Shown in pieces: positions 30,972 through 39,675 of a stretch of 64,000 bases of DNA (position 1 is its first letter; each line of letters begins with the position of its first letter). Source of the DNA: a virus. The DNA lies in IMG/VR virus record IMGVR_UViG_3300020421_002402, positions 1 through 64,000 of that record; one strand, 5' to 3'. The position numbers and the translations under genes are program-made. Under the pieces are notes generated by a model. The model saw only the letters and a list, made by a program, of their open reading frames with translations. It ran no database searches and had not been told where the DNA came from.

Positions 30972-31871
30972 ATGACAGATAAAAAAACAAATGAAGAAGG
31001 TAGTGTAGTAAGTATTATACTTCCTACTAGAGGTAGAGTAAAAAGTGGTGCTTTAGAAAGAAGTTTAGAAAGTCTTTTAGAAAATGCACACAATCCAGCA
31101 AAGATAGAAATTATGTTGGGAGTAGATGATGATGACCAAGAAAGCATAGATTGGGTAAACAATGGTGCAGAAAAATTTATGCAAAAATGGGGTTGTGCCT
31201 GTAAAGCCAAAGTGTTTAAACCTTTAGGATATGAACAACTTAATGTATATGTAAATCTACTTTGTCATTCTAGTACTGGTGCATGGTTATTCCTATGGAA
31301 TGATGATGCAATCATGCAAACAAAAGATTGGGAATTAGAAGTACAAAAATATGATGGACAGTTTAAATGTCTAGCACCTAAAGACAACCATGACCATCCA
31401 TTTGCTATATTCCCACTTATTCCTGCAGATTGGTTTACACTATGTGATGCTTGGAGTGTAAATGCACAAAACGATACATGGGTAAGTGTTATTGCTAGAA
31501 TGAATGGTGTCTTTGAAAGAATCAATGTTGAAGTATTACATGACCGAGCAGACCTAACTGGTGGTAATGATGACGAAACATTTGAGAATAGAAAATATAT
31601 GGAAGGTAATCCAGAAGATCCACAAGACTTTAATAACCCAAATATGGTACAAGCAAGAATGCATCATGCTAGTAAAATAGATTGGTTTTTGAAAAAAATA
31701 GGTGTACATACATCACCTAGTCCTTTTGAAGACTTTATTAGTGGTAAAGTAAATCCTTTTGATGATATTAATAAACATCAACCCAAAGGTGCTGGTCAAT
31801 TTGACAGTATAAATAAAAACAATAATCCAGGTAAACAAAAATTACCAGATGATACAAAAATAAGTCTTTAA
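30972..31871 (+). CDS. Glycosyltransferase family 2-like
   Basis: VSIILPTRGR, VDDDD, WNDD. Confidence 0.75.
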   Translation: MTDKKTNEEGSVVSIILPTRGRVKSGALERSLESLLENAHNPAKIEIMLGVDDDDQESIDWVNNGAEKFMQKWGCACKAKVFKPLGYEQLNVYVNLLCHSSTGAWLFLWNDDAIMQTKDWELEVQKYDGQFKCLAPKDNHDHPFAIFPLIPADWFTLCDAWSVNAQNDTWVSVIARMNGVFERINVEVLHDRADLTGGNDDETFENRKYMEGNPEDPQDFNNPNMVQARMHHASKIDWFLKKIGVHTSPSPFEDFISGKVNPFDDINKHQPKGAGQFDSINKNNNPGKQKLPDDTKISL

Positions 31872-32122
31872 TGCCAAAAATTACAAGAATAGCACACCAG
31901 GAAAAGCCAGAACAAAAAGATCCTGATGTACAGGTAATTTGTAGAAAGCATAATATAGGCAGACATGATTTAATCAACATAGCAACTATCGTTGCAAGAG
32001 TAGGAGATTTCACTCCTAAAGAAGCACTCATCAAATTAGAAGAAACAGACAACATGAAAGAGTTTGTAGAACAACTAAAAATCAAACATGCTTTTGATGA
32101 TGTAGACGAAAAAAAGTCTTGA
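31871..32122 (+). CDS. Hypothetical protein
   Basis: TAATG coupling. Confidence 0.55.
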   Translation: MPKITRIAHQEKPEQKDPDVQVICRKHNIGRHDLINIATIVARVGDFTPKEALIKLEETDNMKEFVEQLKIKHAFDDVDEKKS

Positions 32123-32146
32123 CATTTAACTTATAATCAGTATAAT
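32119..32146 (+). promoter_or_regulatory. sigma70-type promoter for ncRNA-tRNA transcript
   Basis: TTGACA-N16-TATAAT. Confidence 0.75.
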
Positions 32147-32152
32147 AAACAT

Positions 32153-32278
32153 ATTAGTAAGTATCCGAGTGGTATTTCGTATATTAGGTGGGGTTGTGTG
32201 GTAAAACACACCACGATATTTAGAGTTGATAATAAGACCGTGCCCAGCAAAGTCCTTAAGTGTACTATACTTACTAAT
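32153..32278 (+). ncRNA. Candidate structured ncRNA leading the tRNAs
   Basis: Perfect 12-bp terminal stem ATTAGTAAGTAT/ATACTTACTAAT starting at predicted TSS; internal GTGTG/CACAC hairpin. Confidence 0.5.
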
Positions 32279-32282
32279 CCGA

Positions 32283-32358
32283 GCTCGGATAGCTCAGTTG
32301 GTAGAGCAGGGGTTTTGTAAACCTCAGGTCGGAGGTTCGAATCCTCTTCCGAGCTCCA
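32283..32358 (+). tRNA. tRNA-Thr(UGU)
   Basis: Full cloverleaf, acceptor GCTCGGA/TCCGAGC, TTCGAAT, encoded CCA. Confidence 0.95.
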
Positions 32359-32363
32359 CTCAT

Positions 32364-32438
<75 letters not shown>

Positions 32439-32466
32439 TTTTTACCAAAAAAAGTGGAAAAAAAGG

Positions 32467-32495
32467 TTGACATTGACCTTAAAATTGCATATAAT
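32467..32495 (+). promoter_or_regulatory. Early sigma70-type promoter
   Basis: A-tract, TTGACA-N17-TATAAT followed by ATATGTATATT, shared with the 47396 promoter. Confidence 0.8.
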
Positions 32496-32530
32496 ATATG
32501 TATATTAAATAAAAAAGGTAGGAGTTTTTT

Positions 32531-33049
32531 ATGCAAACATTAGTAATTAAAACACAATACAGAGAAAACTATGGTGCCCATGATTGGGACGGCAAAGGCG
32601 AGTGTCCTCAGTATTGGAAGTTCAAAGGTGGTGACACTTATTTTGTTACTGGTTTAACTTCTAGGCAAATCAATAAGATTGCTAGTGGTGGTATTCCAAC
32701 TCTTTCTGCTCTTATTGAGTATTCAAACGACGCCAGTGAAGAGTATATTTTGGATTGGGAGATTCGTGACCTTGGTAAAAACGGCGACGGTAAAGGTCCA
32801 ATTTGCGAGCCTTGGGAAACTCCTGTAGAGTTTTACTACAAGGACGGTTGGAAATGTCGTACCCATCACACTCCTAGCCCAGAATACTCTCACTGGAATA
32901 GGGCCATCATAGGTAAGGCTCAACAGTGGACTCCATCTGCTGAAGGCAACAGAGTAGAAGGCACTTACAAGTGTCAGTATAAAACCAAAAATGGTTGGTT
33001 TGATTATAACCACCCTCAACTCAAAAAAGAGTGTGAGCAAGCCGCATAA
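32531..33049 (+). CDS. Hypothetical early phage protein
   Basis: AGGAG SD; TQYRENYGAHDW..WKFKGG. Confidence 0.7.
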   Translation: MQTLVIKTQYRENYGAHDWDGKGECPQYWKFKGGDTYFVTGLTSRQINKIASGGIPTLSALIEYSNDASEEYILDWEIRDLGKNGDGKGPICEPWETPVEFYYKDGWKCRTHHTPSPEYSHWNRAIIGKAQQWTPSAEGNRVEGTYKCQYKTKNGWFDYNHPQLKKECEQAA

Positions 33050-33057
33050 ATAATAGT

Positions 33058-33333
33058 ATGGGTGAATTTGACCACAGAGTAGAAAGGCAAAGACTTTTGC
33101 TTGAAGCAGAGGAATGGTCAAGAACCATTTCCTCTTTGCATGTCCATAGGCTAACATCCATGTGGTACGAAACAGAAGAATCTAAAAAGGATTTAGAAAA
33201 AGGTGGTGTTACTGATATCAGGTATAATGACAGCACCGTTGAAAGACAACAAAACGGCAAAACAATTAGAATTTTTGGTAAAAAACTAAAAGGAGATGAC
33301 CTAATTGATGCCTACTGTAGAGCAGGATCATAA
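33058..33333 (+). CDS. Hypothetical protein
   Basis: CATAAATA 5 nt upstream. Confidence 0.6.
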   Translation: MGEFDHRVERQRLLLEAEEWSRTISSLHVHRLTSMWYETEESKKDLEKGGVTDIRYNDSTVERQQNGKTIRIFGKKLKGDDLIDAYCRAGS

Positions 33334-33366
33334 TAAATACTTACATAATAACAGTAGGGACTTATT

Positions 33367-33585
33367 ATGTCATTCAAGAGAACTCAGTTTCATCCAGAAA
33401 CAGATCCGGGCTCAGTTAGATTTCACGATTATCAATTTAGATTAAAAAGCAACGGCACAATAGAATTTGACGATGAGATTACATCAGACCAACTCAAATG
33501 TCAAATGGGAGATTTGTATGTCGTTATTGAAGACGAAGGTGTTGTAAAATTTGTACCAACCCATTTAGTTCCTGATAAATATTAG
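33367..33585 (+). CDS. Hypothetical protein
   Basis: Late promoter 33332, AGGGA SD. Confidence 0.55.
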   Translation: MSFKRTQFHPETDPGSVRFHDYQFRLKSNGTIEFDDEITSDQLKCQMGDLYVVIEDEGVVKFVPTHLVPDKY

Positions 33586-33586
33586 C

Positions 33587-34123
33587 ATGAAAGACTTCTT
33601 CAAGAGTGCAGGAATGCTAATTGGTTGTATTGCATTAGCAAGGTTTATCTTACCAGCAAACTTTACACCATTACTTGCTATGGCAGTATTCATGCCGTTC
33701 CTAACAAATAACAAGCATTTAACAATGTTTTTGCCTGTTGGAATATTATTAGCAACAGACATTTTCCTTGGCTTATACGGCACTACAATGCTTTTTGTGT
33801 ACGGTACAATGCTCTTAATTGGTCTTTTAAGTAGGTATTTACATAAAGATAACTTACAAACAGTATTGGGTACTTCTGTGTTAAGTGTTGTTTTATGGCA
33901 TTTAATTGTAAACTTTGGGGTATATTTAAACGGTTTAGGTACTGTATCTTTACTGCAAACATACGCATTAGCAATACCTTTTGATTTTAGATTATTGACT
34001 AGTACCGTATTTTTTGCTACAATATTCTACAGTATTAAACAACTTACAACACAATCAGATTTAGCAGAAATAATACCTTTATATAACAAACAAAACAAAA
34101 AGAAACATGTCGGAAGATTTTAA
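33587..34123 (+). CDS. DUF6580-like integral membrane protein (ECF S-component-like)
   Basis: NFTPLLAMAVF, TDIFLG, multiple TM helices. Confidence 0.6.
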   Translation: MKDFFKSAGMLIGCIALARFILPANFTPLLAMAVFMPFLTNNKHLTMFLPVGILLATDIFLGLYGTTMLFVYGTMLLIGLLSRYLHKDNLQTVLGTSVLSVVLWHLIVNFGVYLNGLGTVSLLQTYALAIPFDFRLLTSTVFFATIFYSIKQLTTQSDLAEIIPLYNKQNKKKHVGRF

Positions 34124-34658
34124 ATTAGAATTAGTTGAACCAAGAAACCCTGCACTTCACATAGTCGCAAGTGTAAATCCATTTGATGATAAAGAAGCAG
34201 ATTGGGAAAAACGCGAAGAAGAAATGATACAACTTATGAAAGATAGGTTTGGTATTGGACTTGCTTCACCGCAACTAGGTATGGGTTATAGAATGTTTGT
34301 TATGACTTTTGCAACAGGTGAAGACATTGGCGTTTACAATCCTGAAATATTAGAGTTCAGCGAAGAAACAGTAGGTATGGAAGAAGGTTGTTTAACATTT
34401 CCTCTGTTATACTTTATTGTAACTAGACCAGCAAAAGTTAAAGTAAGATTCCAAACAGCAAACCAAGAAGTAGTTGAAGATTGGTTAGAAGGAATGGATG
34501 CAAGGTGTTTCCAACATGAGTTAGACCATTTAAATGGTAAACTATATTTGGAATATGCAAGTGATATGAAACTTAAACGTGCTATGAAAAAACGTGACAA
34601 AAAGTTTAAAATATTACAAAATGACTTAGCCTTGCAACAATTAGAAAATGGCACTTAA
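34107..34658 (+). CDS. def: Peptide deformylase
   Basis: GIGLASPQLG, EGCLT, QHELDHLNG. Confidence 0.93.
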   Translation: MSEDFKLELVEPRNPALHIVASVNPFDDKEADWEKREEEMIQLMKDRFGIGLASPQLGMGYRMFVMTFATGEDIGVYNPEILEFSEETVGMEEGCLTFPLLYFIVTRPAKVKVRFQTANQEVVEDWLEGMDARCFQHELDHLNGKLYLEYASDMKLKRAMKKRDKKFKILQNDLALQQLENGT

Positions 34659-35604
34659 TTATCCTTTCTGGGTAAACGATTTCGACAGAGTCAAAGACCA
34701 CAGAATAAATTTTCCTTTATCAAGTAAAATATTTGAACACCCAGTTGCATTCTGGTATGGTTCTAAAAAAGGAAAACCTGTAAAAAAATTAGAAAAAAGT
34801 CTTAAAAGATTTCTTAAAAGAACTGCACCAAACTTACCATACTTTGTAATATACAATTTGCCCAATAGAGATATGGGTCATTATAGCAAAGGTGGTGCCA
34901 AAGATGCTAGTGAATATTTAATGTTTATACACGAGTTCTGTGAGGGTATAAAAGGGCATAAACCTATAGTTATATACGAACCAGATGCATTACCACATAC
35001 AACGCATATGGAATCTATACAATCAGAATATAGATTAAACTTAATTAAAGAAGGATTAAAAGTACTCACCGAAGAAAGTGATGCACATGTTTATGTAGAC
35101 ATTGGGCATAGTAATTGGTTAAGTCCTAAAGAAGCGGCAAGTCTTTTAGATAATGTAAGCAATGATAAAGTAAGAGGATTTGCAGTAAATGTAAGCAACT
35201 ACAGAAGCACAGATGAATCTATGGAATGGAGTTTAAAAGTATGTGAACATAGACCTAATGATTACTTTGTTATTGATACAAGTAGAAATGGCAATGGACC
35301 ACTTGGCAACGAATGGTGTAATCCACCTGGTAGAGCATTAGGAATACCACCTACATGCAATACAGAAGTAGAACAATGTGATGCTTTTCTATGGGTAAAA
35401 ATACCAGGTGAGAGTGACGGCAAAAGAAATAAAGGTCCAAAAGCAGGAAAATTTTGGGGTACTATGGCAGAAGAATTAGTAAGTAATGCTGTTCAAAGTC
35501 CTTCATTTTGGGTACACCGTTGCGAAAAAAGAGGATATATAGTACATACACCAGTAGATAAAAAATGTATGTACTGCGGATTAAAGAATGATAGAAGTTT
35601 TTAA
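34648..35604 (+). CDS. Glycoside hydrolase family 6 with C-terminal Cys/His tail
   Basis: YNLPNRD, YEPDAL, DIGHSNW, NVSNY, IDTSRNG, WCNPPGR, WVKIPGESDG. Confidence 0.88.
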   Translation: MALNYPFWVNDFDRVKDHRINFPLSSKIFEHPVAFWYGSKKGKPVKKLEKSLKRFLKRTAPNLPYFVIYNLPNRDMGHYSKGGAKDASEYLMFIHEFCEGIKGHKPIVIYEPDALPHTTHMESIQSEYRLNLIKEGLKVLTEESDAHVYVDIGHSNWLSPKEAASLLDNVSNDKVRGFAVNVSNYRSTDESMEWSLKVCEHRPNDYFVIDTSRNGNGPLGNEWCNPPGRALGIPPTCNTEVEQCDAFLWVKIPGESDGKRNKGPKAGKFWGTMAEELVSNAVQSPSFWVHRCEKRGYIVHTPVDKKCMYCGLKNDRSF

Positions 35605-36286
35605 AAAGATAAATGTAGACTTTGATTATATGAAGTTGCGTAATGATGTGAATCATGTATATCATACTATCAAAGAACAAGCAGTAGACACGCAATACGA
35701 GGCTCTAGCATACCGTAATATATGTATTACTGCATCTAATCCTAACAGTGATGATTGGACAGATGGCATAGCAGGTAAAACCTATGTAAACAAAACAGGT
35801 GCACAAGGTAAACAAGGTGTACTAACATCACAAGTAGGCGATGATTCTAATGAAATGTTAGATGAAACAAAATTTATTCATCCTATTAAACAAATACAAG
35901 GACTATATTTAGAAGAATTTATTAAAAGTTTTAAAGATGTTTACAGATGGAGAATAAGTATTTTACCTCCTAGAACAACTTTAAGCATACACAAAGACGG
36001 AAGTTTTTTAATGCAAACACTTAATACAACAGGTGCTATATTAGATTGGAGATTACATTTTCCAATAGTAACAAACAACAGATGTTTTCTTGTAAACTGG
36101 CCCGATAACTTTGGAACACCCAGTGATGAAGGAGAAACTGTGCCTTTAGAGTTAGCACACTTCAAAGCAGGTAGCAGTTACCTACTTAATACAAGTAAAA
36201 TACATTGTGCTACTAATTATAGTGATTCAGAAAGAATACACTTAATTGCCAGTCTTGGCAAAGATACTATTCAGGCTTTTCAATAA
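35588..36286 (+). CDS. AspH-like 2OG-Fe(II) oxygenase
   Basis: IHKD..RLHFPIVTN..HCATN..RIHLI. Confidence 0.7.
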   Translation: MIEVFKKINVDFDYMKLRNDVNHVYHTIKEQAVDTQYEALAYRNICITASNPNSDDWTDGIAGKTYVNKTGAQGKQGVLTSQVGDDSNEMLDETKFIHPIKQIQGLYLEEFIKSFKDVYRWRISILPPRTTLSIHKDGSFLMQTLNTTGAILDWRLHFPIVTNNRCFLVNWPDNFGTPSDEGETVPLELAHFKAGSSYLLNTSKIHCATNYSDSERIHLIASLGKDTIQAFQ

Positions 36287-37019
36287 CTAACGGATTTTGT
36301 AGTGTCCACATAGGAGGAAGTCTTCTTGTGTGAACAGTTGCATCTGGAAATGTTGTTTTTAATTTGTTAGTTAATGCTTTATTATTCCAAAACCATGTAA
36401 AGTGTGTTGCTTCAACAACAGCATCATCACCTTCTGTAGGAACTCTATCAACATCAACTCTTACATCATCATTGTTAATTAAACAGAACACATCACTATT
36501 TTCTGTACTTTCTACTAGTGTTGGTTCTAACATACCATATTCATGTGTACGTCTAACAACAAAATAATTTAGTGCTACTTCACGCATGAATACACCAATA
36601 CAAATTACTCCGCCTGGATTAAGATGGTCATAACAGGATTGTAAATCAGCCATTAAAATTTCAGGATCTACATTAGCAGTTTTCATATATGAAAAAATTA
36701 AATCAAACATTTCACCTTCTTTGAAAGGCATAGGTTCATCAACATTACCACTAGGATGATTCATTTGATTGTGTCTATTCCACATTCTAAAATCAGCATT
36801 CGGAAAATCTTCCTTACCTTGGTCTATTGCTTCTTGGTCACTATCAAATACAGTATAGTTTTCTTCTTTAACTTTGTTGTCTGGATCATTTAAAAGTGTA
36901 CCAGCATTACCATAAAGTTCTAATACTTTTGCATTTTCATATTTTTCTGCACCAATATTTGTTGGAGTTAAAGAAGTTGAGAAATATGCATGTTTAGGTA
37001 TGTATGCTTCAATTGTCAT
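36267..37019 (-). CDS. Class I SAM-dependent methyltransferase-like protein
   Basis: VLELYGNAG, FDLIFS, LNPGG; late promoter at 37049-37056 (-). Confidence 0.55.
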   Translation of the reverse strand: MTIEAYIPKHAYFSTSLTPTNIGAEKYENAKVLELYGNAGTLLNDPDNKVKEENYTVFDSDQEAIDQGKEDFPNADFRMWNRHNQMNHPSGNVDEPMPFKEGEMFDLIFSYMKTANVDPEILMADLQSCYDHLNPGGVICIGVFMREVALNYFVVRRTHEYGMLEPTLVESTENSDVFCLINNDDVRVDVDRVPTEGDDAVVEATHFTWFWNNKALTNKLKTTFPDATVHTRRLPPMWTLQNPLVIEKPE

Positions 37020-37065
37020 AAGTGTTTCCTGTTATGTAATTATAACAGTATTTATTAAGATTGGA

Positions 37066-37836
37066 TTAGACGCCTGAAGGATTTAGGTCGTCTTTGTCAT
37101 CTGGAATTGGTGATTCTTCTTCAGGTGCAAACATTTCACCTTCCAAGTAATGTTTAGCAGAACCAATGTATTCTCCTGCTTTAATTACCTTACCTTGCCA
37201 CCAATGTGGGAAATCTCCGTCAGGTAATTCACCTAACATTTTGTATAATTCTACACTATACTTTCCAATTTTGTATAGTTCTTTTCTCAACATGTCTGCT
37301 TCGTTGTCAACATGTCCTATTGCTATTTTAGTAACTGAGCCTTCTTCTTCCATCATTGGAAGTCCTGCTAGTTTTCTAATTCTGTTTAAATCTTCGTATG
37401 CTTTAGTACCACCGAAACCTGGATCTTCTCCGTCTCCGTCACATACTTTACATGCATCGCCTTTGTTGTCCATGCCTGTTCCATCACATGGTTCACAGTC
37501 GCCTTTACTCATTGGATCTTTTGTGCCTTCAAAAGCATCTGGCATTTCAATACCTTTTGCTTTTAATCTTTCTTTTTCATCATCAAATGCTGGACTAACA
37601 GAAGGAACTTCATCTGGACGTTCTTTTCTCATAGCCTTTTCTTGTCCGTATTCTCTTTCTAAACTAGGCATTTTTGCTTCTAGTTGTCCTAATGTCATTT
37701 GAGGATATTTTTCCATTGCCCAACTAAAGAAGTTTCCAATACCAAATTGCTTACCTTTGGATTGTGCTTTATCTCTTTCACCAGCACGTTTCATGCCAGC
37801 AGTTTTGAAATCAATTACGTTTTTATCTTCTGGCAT
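37066..37836 (-). CDS. Modular head-associated protein with DnaJ-type CxxCxGxG pair
   Basis: CEPCDGTG/CKVCDGDG, RIRKLAGL. Confidence 0.55.
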   Translation of the reverse strand: MPEDKNVIDFKTAGMKRAGERDKAQSKGKQFGIGNFFSWAMEKYPQMTLGQLEAKMPSLEREYGQEKAMRKERPDEVPSVSPAFDDEKERLKAKGIEMPDAFEGTKDPMSKGDCEPCDGTGMDNKGDACKVCDGDGEDPGFGGTKAYEDLNRIRKLAGLPMMEEEGSVTKIAIGHVDNEADMLRKELYKIGKYSVELYKMLGELPDGDFPHWWQGKVIKAGEYIGSAKHYLEGEMFAPEEESPIPDDKDDLNPSGV

Positions 37837-37837
37837 T

Positions 37838-39406
37838 TTATAATCCTGCTAGTTTTTTCATTTCTGCCATGTCTCTGTCAAAATCCATTTCACCATGGTC
37901 TTTATAGTCTGCATTTTGAACAGTATCTTCGATATATTTTTGTACTATGTCATCTCTGTCATCGTCCATATGTAAACCAGTTTCTAAAGAAATATCAGTA
38001 AGTTCACCATCAAGTTCTTCCATGCTCATACCTAATACTTCTGCTAGGTCTTCTTCACCGTTCTCGTATGCAGTAATTAATTTATTGTACATCTCTTCTT
38101 CTTGACTTGGTTCTCCAAATGGAGCACTTTCGTATGCATCTGAAGGAACATACTCTGGATGTTCTTCGTTGTATGTTTTGTTGATTTCGTCGTAATCATA
38201 TGATCCTTTATATTCAGCATCAAATTCTTCTTTGCTCATTTCCATAGCATCGATGATTACATCTTTAAGTTTACCCTCTTCCAGTTCTTCTTCTTCAACT
38301 GTATAATCTGCTTTAATATCTGATAAGTCAATTTGTGGTAATTCTGAAGTTTCTTCTACTAAGCCTTTTGATTTTGCGAAATCTAACATATTTTCCAATC
38401 CTTCGGAGTTTTGGATTGCGTCTAAGAATTTTTCTCTAGGTGATTGTTCTTCGCCACCTCTGTTAGTAGGTAGCATGTCCATCATTTTCTTTAATGCTTT
38501 TGCTTGTGCAGGACTAACATCTACTTCTTTACCGTCGTCAGTTTTAACACTTGTTACTGGTTTGAAGTTTTTAATTTTCATGTCTTCTGCATCTTTGCCT
38601 GCTTCTTCACTGTCAATTACTTTGCCTAATTGATTAATCATGCTGTCTTGGTCATAGCCAGGCTTTGTTGCATATTCATCTTCATCGCCGTCTGTCATAC
38701 CTGTATCAACATCTAAGTCTCCGTATTGTACAGGAGCGGCTTCAGATAAACCTGCTAAGTATTTCATTATATCTATCATTTCGCTCATTTGTTCACCTAT
38801 TAATTTGTTATTGAAAAGTTTAAAAACCTTTTCATTAAAAGTACCCATATAGTTATTAAATACTTCTTTTCTCTTTTCAGCGTCTTCAACACTTGTGAAT
38901 GCTTTTCTAAAAGCACTTGCACTTGCAACTTCATCACCACCTTTTACAGTTGGTGCTATATGAATATATCCTCTTTCACTCATTGGTAAAGCAGGATGTT
39001 GCTCTAATGTATTTATCATCTGATAGTACTTTGGACGAGTTTCTCCACGCACAGTCATGTCTAATCCAGTTTTTTCATCTACATTATTCATAGGAAAACG
39101 TTCTGTATCTTTTTCACCAACAGCAAAAATAACCATAGTATTATCCATATCAAAGTTCTTTTTGTAAGAATCTACTAGGTAAGGTTGAGGTGCAAGTATA
39201 ACTTTATCAGCAGGTATGTCAAACAACTGTGTCATTATTTCTGCTTTTTCTTTAAAATTGAAAGGACTCTTAGTGCCTTCTACTTTGTCTGATGATGCAA
39301 TATATACATCTGCATCAGGAAATTCAGCCTGTAGTTTTTTGTACACTATCTCATGATGAGGTAGCATAGGTTGAAATCTTCCTGGATATATTACGACTTT
39401 TTTCAT
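37838..39406 (-). CDS. Cytidylyltransferase-like domain plus acidic modules
   Basis: YPGRFQPMLPHH, SPFNF, VGEKD, SASAFR. Confidence 0.65.
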   Translation of the reverse strand: MKKVVIYPGRFQPMLPHHEIVYKKLQAEFPDADVYIASSDKVEGTKSPFNFKEKAEIMTQLFDIPADKVILAPQPYLVDSYKKNFDMDNTMVIFAVGEKDTERFPMNNVDEKTGLDMTVRGETRPKYYQMINTLEQHPALPMSERGYIHIAPTVKGGDEVASASAFRKAFTSVEDAEKRKEVFNNYMGTFNEKVFKLFNNKLIGEQMSEMIDIMKYLAGLSEAAPVQYGDLDVDTGMTDGDEDEYATKPGYDQDSMINQLGKVIDSEEAGKDAEDMKIKNFKPVTSVKTDDGKEVDVSPAQAKALKKMMDMLPTNRGGEEQSPREKFLDAIQNSEGLENMLDFAKSKGLVEETSELPQIDLSDIKADYTVEEEELEEGKLKDVIIDAMEMSKEEFDAEYKGSYDYDEINKTYNEEHPEYVPSDAYESAPFGEPSQEEEMYNKLITAYENGEEDLAEVLGMSMEELDGELTDISLETGLHMDDDRDDIVQKYIEDTVQNADYKDHGEMDFDRDMAEMKKLAGL

Positions 39407-39672
39407 AGTTCTACAATTCTAACCTTTAATGGTGTTGAACCTTTTATTAATCTATGATAACATCTTTTGTTTATATGTATAGTGGAACCTGGGCCTATTT
39501 CTTTTGGTAGTTCGTTATCAAATTGAAATTTCCAACCAACACCTTCTAACACTTTTACAAATCTTGTTCTTCTATCTCTATGCCAAACAAGTTCTTCGTT
39601 GTCTACTGATAAATCAAATACTCTTTCAAATGTGTTTTCAGATATGTTTGTTTGAGTGTAAGGTTCTGACAT
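39403..39672 (-). CDS. Small cupin-like phage protein
   Basis: ELVWHRD..WKFQFDNELP..YHRLIKG. Confidence 0.65.
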   Translation of the reverse strand: MSEPYTQTNISENTFERVFDLSVDNEELVWHRDRRTRFVKVLEGVGWKFQFDNELPKEIGPGSTIHINKRCYHRLIKGSTPLKVRIVEL

Positions 39673-39675
39673 AGC

